Of a stretch of 62,243 nucleotides of DNA, positions 12,453 to 22,625 are shown piece by piece. Both the position numbers and the translations under genes were made by a program. The stretch spans positions 2,836,689 to 2,898,931 of the forward strand of contig BFEA01000031.1 of the NCBI GenBank assembly GCA_003427395.1, written 5' to 3'. The stretch is from Chara braunii. Lineage: Eukaryota > Plantae > Charophyceae. Position 1 is the first letter of the stretch. Every line of letters starts with the position of its first letter. Under the pieces are notes generated by a model that made no database searches, was not told where the DNA came from, and saw only the letters and a list, made by a program, of their open reading frames with translations.

Positions 12453-13290
12453 GACGGGGACGGTGGGCGTCGCAAAAGCTGAAGGGCGTGCGCGTGCAGG
12501 AGGTCTGGTGAGTTGCTGTCACACGTGTCGCTGTCGACAACGACGGCAGGCGAAGAATCGTGCTCGGGGCCCGTCCAGCTGCTCCATGTTTCTGGCAGGC
12601 CTGCGCCTGCTCCAGCATAAAGATGTCCTTGCGGCATATCCAGTACTGGAGGTCGGTGCACACGGTGACCAGCGACGAAATCCACGCGGGACGCCACCTG
12701 CCTTCTGTCCTCGACGCACTGCGCAGCCATCGCATGGTCGCCCCTATCTTCGCGCTCCACAAGTGGGACTTCTGCACTGTCGTCGTCGATCGCGCCCGAC
12801 GCAAGCACAAGGACGTCCACGCGGAGGGGGGGAGAGGGGGGGGGGGGGTTGGTGGGGGCAGTGCTCTGGAGGAAATTCACATCGGCCCTTGGTGTTGTAT
12901 GGACGCGCGCCCGTGCAAGCGTGGAAGGGTCTGTACGCGCGACGGGGACGGTGGGCGTCGCAAAAGCTGAAGGGCGTGCGCGTGCAGGAGGTCTGGTGAG
13001 TTGCTGTCACACGTGTCGTTGTCGACAACGACGGCCGACGAAGAATCGTGCTCGGGGCCCGTCCAGCTGCTCCATGTTTCTGGCGGGCCTGCGCCTGCTC
13101 CAGCATAAAGCTGTCCTTGCAGCATATCCAGTACTGGAGGTCGGTGCACACAGTGACCAGCGACGAAATCCACGCGGGACGCCACCTGCCTTCTGTCCTC
13201 GACGCACCGCGCAGCCATCGCATGGTCGCCCCTGTCTTCGCGCTCCATGAGTGGGACTTCTGCACTGTCGTCGTCGATCGCGCCCGACGA
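12453..13290. repeat. 488-bp-period tandem duplication inside the Harbinger
   Basis: 12453-12800 is nearly identical to 12941-13290; abuts an N-gap. Confidence 0.85.
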
Positions 13291-13449
13291 TCGTCTGGCA
13301 AGCACAAGGACGTCCACGCGGAGCAGACTGTCCTTATCGTCGCGGACAACTCTACGTCGTTCAGAGGTGTGACGTCATTCACCACCGAAGATCTTGTTCT
13401 TTCCGCGGAGCGCTCTCGCCAACCACTGCGACACTAGTGCACGGGAATC

Positions 13450-14962
13450 ATGTCTACGCGAGGGGTCGGCCGTGGAAAGAAGCGGGAGAACGTCCCTGCT
13501 GACACCCAGAGGCGGTCAGGGGGTCGGCAGCATGTCCCCAAGTCGAAGAGGCTCCGTTCAGAAGAGCCATCACCAAAGGATCCTGTCCGACGAGGGCGGT
13601 ATTGGGCGGCATCGAACGAAGACGAAGATGACGGCGTGTTCATGACAGAGGAGGAAGCAGCAGATGACACTGTGGCGGCACCCCGGGGCAGTAGTCTTCA
13701 AGCGAAGAATGATCAGGCCGCGGCGAGGAGATTGCCCACTCCCTCCCCGGAGGAGCAACAAGGTTGTGGGCAGAGCAACACGAAAGCTAAGGAGGTTGTA
13801 GTCGACGTCCGCGACGAGGACAATGAGCCATTGGGAAGCCGCAGGAAGCGAAATGCAATGCAAGGTGCCACGGCGACGGGAGTAAGGATACACGCCGCGC
13901 ATGAAGAAAGGCCACCTCAGGGCGCCATGTCGTCCACGCCGTCACAGCCGCGACCGCGCAACACGGCTGCAGATGGAGGGTCTACCGAACGCGGGGGAGG
14001 TGAGGTGGCCCAGCAAGAAGCGTGCGTGGCGAGCGCTGGTGCAGGCGCGGGGTCCTCGGGCAATGTCGCTGTCGTGGCGGGGGCGAGAGAGGAGGTTCTT
14101 GTTGTGGAGCGAGAGGTTGAGCGCGGCGAGAATAAGGGCAAAAAAGAGGACGACGACCCCCTTTTAAGCCGGGAGCGGAGGGGAGGGTTGGCGAGAGATC
14201 TTGCCGACCGTACCCGCCTGTGGGTCGACGACAAAGCGTTTTGGACAACGGGGGAGGGGCGCCGGCTCTACGACATCGTCCACCGAACGTGGAAGCACTT
14301 CGAGGCCATCGCTAGCGGGGTGCAAGCGCCCGTCGTGTCCAGGAGCATCGTCATGCCGAAATCTGCGACGACCCTCACGAGGATTGTTGATCCCGCTCAA
14401 CTACAGCAAGCGATCATCCGCGGGGGGGCTGCAGAGAACATAGCTCTGCGCGTCTTGCACGGGTGGGTGTTCAAGTCAGGGAACCGCCCCCGCGGATACA
14501 ATCTCGCTTTCCGACCTCAATATAGACTTGCCACTGTGGTTTGCGGGGGTGAACATCGACGACAGGCCGGAGGACGATGACATGACTGCGTACCAGGAGT
14601 CGACCGTCATGTGCGTCGCACATGCATTTCGCGCCGCCGTGCAAATGGGTGGCAGCGTCGACGGCGGGTTCATATCGCACGATCGACTGTCGAGGATCGC
14701 GGATTGCTTTAGGCTGTTGTTGGATGCCTGCATGTGGTTGATGCGCATGGCGGGAGACAATCATCGTAGCCACTACGAAGCCTTCTACTTCGCGCAGCTG
14801 GTCGCGAAGCCCACGCTGATCGCGTCCATGCATCGCGCCTTCGATCATCGAAGGTCCGTCATCCGAGCGACGAACGTCGTCACGGAGACACTGGGGAAGG
14901 CGAACGCCACCTTAGGAGAGTACCCATTCTGCACGAGCACAGCGTGTCTGTCGTGCGTGTAG
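13450..14962 (+). pseudogene. Extra Harbinger-internal ORF of unknown function (frameshift near 14520)
   Basis: 376-aa ORF with an NLS-like basic start and a low-complexity N-half, then LWVDDKAFW..LHGWVFK; continues in another frame as PLWFAGVNIDD..HYEAFYFAQLV. Confidence 0.55.
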
Positions 14963-15354
14963 ACGCCCTCCGTTTTCGGCTGTCCACTCTGGCAGGGTGG
15001 TAGATGCAACTTCGCTCGTCGGTGTCCTTGCTTGTTCATTTAGTTTGGCGGTTCGCAGTGTTCATGCGACGGTGCGAGGCGTTGTCTGCAGTAGATTGTA
15101 GGAGTGGATTAAAGTTAGGTTTCCGCGATGTTGTTTCCTTGTCGGCGCAGCATGCGTCATGTACATTCATAACGCGCTGGAAGCGCACCTTTTTTTCTTC
15201 ATTTCTTCGATTCGGGACGGATGTTTCGTATGTTTGCAGTGTGTGATTGCTCTCTTTCCTAACCTGACGGTCCATGTAGTGCTCGATGCACATTCACACA
15301 TCTCATCTTCATTTGCACGAGCCATTTTCGATCGTCGCTTCGAAGACCTTTTTT

Positions 15355-15386
<32 letters not shown>

Positions 15387-16131
15387 TTTTTTTGTGTTCG
15401 CATTCTAGAATCATCCCAGTGGCATACAGTGCATGTGTTCGTGTTGCACTCATCAATCGAGGGAATACTTGGCCACAAAACATCAAACGAATCACAAATG
15501 CCAACGCACGACCTTCACGCAATGAAACAGGCGCACACCGAATGCGAACACACAATGGAAATGAGCGAAAACGACTGTCCAAAGTACTTCCAACGTCGCA
15601 GAAGAAATCACAGCACTACAAAACTCTTTTTCGAAACCGAGATGGGGGGAAAGTTTCATGCCCACCCGAATGAACACCTTACCTCTAACCTCTAAATGCG
15701 CTAACTCTTCTCGAAAAAGGTGCACCTCACACCCGCAATGAGCATGTTCCGCACTACTCCTGATGAACGGCATCCAAAAAAAAAAATTGAACATAAAAAA
15801 AAAAGGGAACGCGACGCATATCCGTGGATTGCGAAGGCCAACCAAACACAATCGTCGACGCAAGCCGCCGACCACGACGCCTAACAGGGCTAGCAACCAA
15901 GCCAACGGCCGACGAGACCGCGATTCTGCCCTCCGGCCATTGCACCAAGATCGCACTTCCACGCGCTGCCTTCCACCATCCGAATAACGACCCTCCACAG
16001 AAACCACCAACCCCGTCGGGGTACAGACGACAGCGACCCAATCAAGGGAGGACGGAAAGACCAATCTGGTGTCCGCCCATTGTTGCAATTAAGCCATCTT
16101 CATGTGCTGTCGTCCATGAATGATACACGAC

Positions 16132-17448
16132 TCATTCATGTTTCATTCGTTCCGCCAAAGCATGCCTCAAGGCTAAGGCTTCGTGGGTCAACATCAACAT
16201 CGACACAAGCTGGAGGGGCTCGTCGATCCCCAGGTCCACTCGTCGTCGCACACCATTACTGTCGACCTCCCACAGCAGATTCTCATCGAAGAGGATCCCC
16301 GCGTCGATCAGTAAGTTGTGCAGTTTGCAGACGGCGGTGAACTGCTGCGAGAGCGTCTCCAGGTTTGTCTTGTGTGTTCGGAGAAACAGCCGCCACATGC
16401 CCTTCAGCCTGCCGAACGCCCTCTCCACCGCTCCCCTTGCCACCTTCTGCTTGTTGTCAAACCGCTCCTGCTCGACGCTCTGATTGATACCGCCGTACGG
16501 GACAACCATCCATTCGGCAGGGGGGTACCAATTGTCCGCCAGAAGGTAACTGTTCGTCTTCACACCGAACGGCAGTGTGACGGGGGGCCCGCGGAACAAC
16601 GACCCCTCCTCTGCGCGCAGCGACAGGCTGGACAACTGCAGCACCCTGATGTCGTGGCAGCTACCGGGGTATCCCATGTGCACGTCCAACACATGCAAGT
16701 CCAAGTTGACAACGACCTGCGAGACGATGGAGAAACGGCGCTTCCTGTCGTAGTAATTTTCGCTCGGAGCATTCGCTGGCTTGTCGACGTAGATGTGAGT
16801 GCAATCAATGCAACCGTGGCAGTTGGGGAAGCCTTTATCAACGAACGCCCGAAGAACGACTTGTTTACGAACTCCCGTCGGCCACGCTATCTTATCGCCG
16901 AACACCCTCAGCAGAGTGGCAGTCATGTCGTGGACGACAATCAGCCTAGAAGCTCGTCCGATCCCGAAGTTGCACGTGCTGCTCTGATACGTCTCACCTG
17001 AAGCCCACCTGTACAGTGCGTACGCCACAATCTGGTCCGGCTGCAAAGGCTCCCTATAGAACGTCACCTGCCGCTGAAGATGAGGCACACACACCTCCGC
17101 GATCTCCTGGAACACTTGCGGCGACATTCACAGCTTATCGCGGAAGTAGTCGTCAGTCGCGTCGTCGCATAGCCTGAGGTCTTCCCACGTTCCCCCTGTC
17201 CTGCGCTTCACCCACCACCGCGGCGTCGCGCAGGGTATCACTCCGCAGCCCAACACATAGCACAGTTGAACAACAGCTTCCGACGTCGCCACGAACTCGG
17301 CACCATCGTGCGGATCTTGCATCAATGTCCTCCGTCTACGCGCGCACAAATGCTCCTTCAGTCGCCCAAGCGCCCTCTCCTGCTGACATCGAAGAACGAT
17401 CGTCGACACGGCCGCCGCCACCGCCTGCAGCTCACCATGACTCAGCAC
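16132..17448 (-). pseudogene. PIF/Harbinger DDE transposase (DDE_Tnp_4/HARBI1-like)
   Basis: GFPNCHGCIDCTHI, YYDRK, GYPGSCHD, YLLADNWYP, VERAFGRLKGMW, CKLHN. One in-frame TGA at 17128-17130 (probable CGA>TGA). Confidence 0.9.
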
Positions 17449-17929
17449 ATCACGTCACGCCGCGGCGCCGCCCTCCATAGCCCGTCGTTCCGCTGCCGTC
17501 TGTCTCGTCCTCCTGCGCTGGACGACGGTCCCGAAGACGTCCGTGGAGAAGATGGCCCCTTTTCTCCGCTCACAACCCCGCGCACGGACGCGAAGAGCAA
17601 CGCGCAGAAGGTCCACGGTGATGGAAGCACAACACGCTGCGGGAGCAGATGAGGGAGCCCTCTGGACGTGGCCTCCGCCGCCCCCGGGCCCTTTTCCGCA
17701 GCACGACGCCGTCGTCCCGCCAGCCACACGTCGTCGTCGCTGTCGAAGCTGGCATTCGAAATTTGAATTTCGAATGCCCACGCTCTCGGGTTTAAATTTC
17801 TCCTCGCGCCGCCCGCAGACTGCCGTTTCCCGCCTCGCGTCGCTGGACCGCGCAGCCTCCACACGGACAAAGAAGCTGGACCAAGGACGACAGACCCCGC
17901 GGCCGCTAATTTGCGTATGAAAACGGCCG

Positions 17930-18300
17930 CGGGGAAGCCACAAGGAAACACCCTCGGGGGATGGCCCCAAGGATGAGTGTAACGACGCCGCAATTTCCCC
18001 TTCAAAACCACAAGGACGTTTCCTTGTGGCTCAAGGAAACCGTAAGGAGTGTCTAACGAGGCCCAGAGGCCGGGAAAACCTCTACAAACAACCCGGAGAA
18101 AAACTGGGGCCATTACCCAGCTTAGGCTCATGCTGGAAACCGGGTCCAGCGTCCCTGAATCTTTCCATCTAACTACTCTTCCAAAATAGACTTGAAGCTC
18201 AGAACATTGAACTTGAGCCCACCGCTCAGTAACTCTTGCGAACTTATCAAAACCCAATACAAGGATCTCTGACTACAGTGTCCTTCGTATCTCCAAACTC
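17930..18300 (-). mobile_element. LINE 3' UTR fragment carrying a full copy of the structured module
   Basis: Module at 18067-18155; lies inside the TSD-bounded 9271-21441 insertion. Confidence 0.55.
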
Positions 18301-18479
18301 ATTGTTACTACCTTACTACCTCACCGAAAGCCAAACACCTATCTACACCCCCCCCTGCAGGTGATGCTCCCCACCAATAGATGGAGCCTCTCCCCGCATG
18401 GTAGTGGTGGCTGCTCTTATCAACACCACTATCACCGGGGGGCCGCGCGGAATGTGCTTTAACGTAGCGGTGACAGCGG

Positions 18480-19000
18480 CAGTGGCGGTGCCCGGTCCCC
18501 GTCAGCGGCTGTGTAGGTTGCAGACTTGGGGCATGCGGACGCTGAATCTCTTTCAAGTGGCGCCTACCCTGCCAGGCACCATAGCTGTGTGAGAGCTATG
18601 GCGACAGTGCCCTGGNGTAGCCTAGCCCTTGAGTGGGTAGGGAGTGCCTTTGCACTCNTACGCCATGGCATCCTGGCAGCTCNTCATCGGACCTCCATAC
18701 CAACACANATACCCTACAGGACTTCGATACCAGAGGAGCCGCCTTCCCCTCAAGCCTTCTGNTGGAAAGGGGGGNCTCCTTTCTTACCATCCAAAAGCCG
18801 CGGGCGGTAGTTCACGATATATCATTTGGATTGCCTCGATTACCAGGGAAGCATGGAACACGGAGCGGCGTATCTGGACGNAGTGGGAGAGCGTGCGGTT
18901 GCGGTNGCAACGCTCCGGCAGGTCCAAGGGCTTCAGCAAGTCTCGATCAACTCATCCTCGTCGCAAGGCAGTTTACTGTTCTTCCTCATAGTGTTATGGT
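18480..19000 (+). mobile_element. Degenerate LINE RT C-terminal remnant (possibly RTE-type)
   Basis: Similar to 26700-27090 (+) and 32550-32840 (-); LRHG/LRHS..LADLGW-like residues; scattered single Ns. Confidence 0.35.
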
Positions 19001-20119
19001 TAAGGATGATGGGAGGGCAACCCCGGGGTCTATTCCTCCCTCCTTCCTCCTTCCCAGTTGTTACTCACTTTGATTGTGTTTTTTATTCGATTCGTGATAG
19101 ATGTTCCATAGCATGGATTTGTAGCTTCCTGACGCATGTGGCCGTATGTTGTGTGTAGAGCATGGGACTTGTCACAACCCGGAAAGGGAGAGGCGGACAA
19201 CGTTGATGATAGGGAAACACTGTGGAGTTCCGTCTGTTTCTATTTTCTGTTTTTGTGATAGGGAAACACTGTGGAGTTCCGTCTGTTTCTATTTCTGTTT
19301 TTGTGTCGCAGACTCGTAGCTGTGCTGTATACGGAAAATAAGACTGCTCGAGGATAAAATGCGAGCATGTTTACCGTGTTTCTTGTGTACTATTCTGGTA
19401 CAGTGGCCAACGGGCTTTTCTTAAGCCTGTTCTGTCAGAGCCGGTGGGAGTCGCTTTGGGATTCGACAAGTACTCATGTTAGTCACAACAGGGTTTGATA
19501 CCCAGATNTGTCCCNAAGGATTTTCAAGTTTTCTTCAGTGTGTCTCTGAGTTTGGCGCTGCCTTACAGATCTTTTGGGCCAGTCNGGCTTCGTACATGGC
19601 TGTTATAGTTGTAAANTTATAGGTGTGGGTAGCAGTAGGTGCGCCATGCTTTTGTATTTTGCACTCTCATTTTTACAACGAAACGAAGGGCACGCACAAC
19701 GTTTGACTCACTCTCACTTCGGTTCGTCATTTTTGATGGTCGTATGCAAGAGCAGAGGGTAACCATTTTTGCCCATTTATTGATGAAAGGGAGAAGAATC
19801 GTAACCATAGCTGTGGCAAAGCGCAGCCATAGCTGCAAAGAACGCAGGTGGTGCTGTACTGCTTCGTGTGCCGTTTGTTGCATCTTGTTCTGGGCTGATG
19901 GTTGCCCAGCGGGACATCACTTTGGTATGGTTTCGTCTGGATTTTAGCTGTGTTTGAATGAACGTTAATTTGTTGGAATAGCAGTTGAGCGTGCATGTTT
20001 GTTTTCACGAAGTGTGCTTTATCACTTGTCCTAGTATTGAATTCCCACGAAGGAATGAGACCCATAGTCCCTCGTTACTCTTAAGTGCTGGGGTGTGCTT
20101 GCAGTAGTTTAGGGTAATA

Positions 20120-20700
20120 CTCACGGGGTAGGGATGCTATCAGAGACCCAGTAAAGAGCAAACTAGAGTTGTATCCGTTGGGTGCATGGTGGGAAACCCG
20201 TCTAGGCAACGGAGGCTCTTTATAGTATGTTGGATAGTGAGGTCGATAGGGTAACCCTAAATGTTCTCTTCGTCTCCCAGCTCTTAGTATTGGGATTGCT
20301 CCTTCAGTTTGACTTTCTGTTATCACCGGAATTGGAGTGTTGTAAAGCCCTGAAGCCGTGAGGGTGGCGGCGCCATTAGCGGGAGTGGGAGACTCACTAG
20401 TGGCGGTGGGAACGTTTCCCCGGGTGCGATGGGTGAAAACTTTTGCCTGTCAGTTCAGTTCAGCAGCTGGCTTTGGTATTGAATGCTCGCTTATGATCGA
20501 GTTTTATAGGCTCTCAATATTCTCAAAGTGTTGGGATATGTTTGCAGAAGTTTAGGGTGTCACTCACTGGGTAGGGATGTTTGGAGAGACCCGGTGAAGA
20601 GCAAACTAGAGTTGTATTCATTGGGTGCGTGGTGGGAAACCCGTCTAGGCAACAAAGGCTCTTTACAGCGTTTAGGATAAGTGAGGTTGGGAGTGCAACC
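20120..20700. repeat. Dispersed repeat copies (20120-20260, 20562-20700; also 26415-26471)
   Basis: Shared gggtagggat..gagaccc.gt.aagagcaaactagagttgtat. Confidence 0.7.
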
Positions 20701-21441
20701 CTAACGTTTATTCCTTCTTTCCAGCTGTTTATCGAGATCTCTTTTCTTAAATTGGTTAAGTCTCGGAAGTAGGTTTGGTTGTTTAATNNNNNNNNNNNNN
20801 NNNNNNNNNNNNNNNNNNNNNNNNNNNNNNNNNNNNNNNNNNNNNNNNNNNNNNNNNNNNNNNNNNNNNNNNNNNNNNNNNNNNNNNNNNNNNNNNNNNN
20901 NNNNNNNNNNNNNNNNNNNNNNNNNNNNNNNNNNNNNNNNNNNNNNNNNNNNNNNNNNNNNNNNNNNNNNNNNNNNNNNNNNNNNNNNNNNNNNNNNNNN
21001 NNNNNNNNNNNNNNNNNNNNNNNNNNNNNNNNNNNNNNNNNNNNNNNNNNNNNNNNNNNNNNNNNNNNNNNNNNNNNNNNNNNNNNNNNNNNNNNNNNNN
21101 NNNNNNNNNNNNNNNNNNNNNNNNNNNNNNNNNNNNNNNNNNNNNNNNNNNNNNNNNNNNNNNNNNNNNNNNNNNNNNNNNNNNNNNNNNNNNNNNNNNN
21201 NNNNNNNNNNNNNNNNNNNNNNNNNNNNNNNNNNNNNNNNNNNNNNNNNNNNNNNNNNNNNNNNNNNNNNNNNNNNNNNNNNNNNNNNNNNNNNNNNNNN
21301 NNNNNNNNNNNNNNNNNNNNNNNNNNNNNNNNNNNNNNNNNNNNNNNNNNNNNNNNNNNNNNNNNNNGTCCCCGGCCTCGACCACTTTTGTTTTGAAATA
21401 TAAAACGACAACTTCTCAAAAAAAAAAAAAAAAAAAAGGTC

Positions 21442-21680
21442 AAGTACCCTGATTTCAGTCAGGCGGGTATCCGATTTAGTCTGCATTTCTGAGATCCGAG
21501 TCAGTGCTTGCTCCCCCCCGTACCCCTCCTTCACCTTCCACTTGGAGACCGTCACCCAGTCTGCCTCTTCAACCCCTTCTGCATGAAACTGCCTCAGTTT
21601 CCACTCTGTATACCTCGTCAAGCCTCCCCTGGTCCCATCCTCTCTTGTACCACGCCCCACCTTCCAGCTTGGCACCTGCC
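21442..21680 (-). mobile_element. Upstream continuation of the L1 ORF2 broken at 9270
   Basis: Shares the exact 14-mer aagtaccctgattt with 9257-9270; the frame joins as ..LTEIRVL/PKSEG. Confidence 0.6.
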
Positions 21681-22092
21681 CGCAGTAATTTTTTTTTATT
21701 TTTTTTTTGTTGCCAGCAGTAATTTTCTAACGTGGAATGAATGCGGTTGTTGTTAAAAAAGGAAAAGATCCCAAAAAAAAAAAGAAAAAAGAAAAAAAAA
21801 ACAGGAACAGGCAGTAGAAATAGAAACGAGCAAGTTAGGAAATATCAGTATCAACTGCTTCTATTTCGGGCCATACTCACGCTACCTTCTTCCCCCGAAT
21901 ACAACGTATGGTCATTATAGCTGTATTTAGACTGAAAGATACCCCAAATTCGGCTGTCATAACCGTGCATTGTATTCGGGAGCAGACTGTAGCCTGCTGC
22001 AATCTCGGCCAGGTTCAGGTGAGATAGCCCCTCCCTACCTACATAGTCTGTCCTTTTTTTTCTTTTTGTTCCCCTACATAGTCACTGTCCAG

Positions 22093-22256
22093 GGGCCAAG
22101 TCCCACTAGCAGCGTTGAGCTACTTCAACGCCCGAATCTGGACGCTTTTGGGGAGATGTGCAGAAATGGTGTTGAGTTTCCTGAACTGCACGTCTCCGCA
22201 AACACGTCCAGATTCAGGCGTTGAGGTAGCTCAACGCCGCTAGTGGGACTTGGCCC
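22093..22256. mobile_element. Harbinger MITE with CAG TSD, 164 bp
   Basis: About 55-bp TIR gggccaagtcccactagcagcgttgagctac..; CAG on both sides; inverted copy at 26004-26167. Confidence 0.85.
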
Positions 22257-22386
22257 CAGGTTCAGTTGAGAAAGCCCCTCCCTATCTACATAGTCTGTCT
22301 TTTTTTTTTTTTTTTTTTTTTTTTTCCCCTACATAGTCACTGTCTTTCTCCTTCAGTTGAGAAAGCCCCTCCCTATCTACATAGTC

Positions 22387-22422
<36 letters not shown>

Positions 22423-22424
22423 CC

Positions 22425-22461
<37 letters not shown>

Positions 22462-22466
22462 CCCCT

Positions 22467-22518
<52 letters not shown>

Positions 22519-22625
22519 CCCTACATAGTCACTGTCTTTCTCCTGTTTGCTAAAATAAAATTAGAAAAAAACGACCTTCTTTCCCTCCATTCACTGTTGG
22601 GCGTGGTCGCAGAAAGTACACCCAG

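Larger units (their letters stand above)
9520..17928. mobile_element. Decayed autonomous-type PIF/Harbinger transposon, about 8.4 kb
   Basis: GC-rich block with convergent Myb/SANT ORF (+) and DDE_Tnp_4 transposase (-). Possible right TIR gtatgaaacggcc; left end not seen. Confidence 0.8.

Noticed and set aside
13450-14962. Fanzor/TnpB-like nuclease cargo in the transposon
   Set aside because: No RuvC motifs or C-terminal CxxC zinc ribbon are recognisable.
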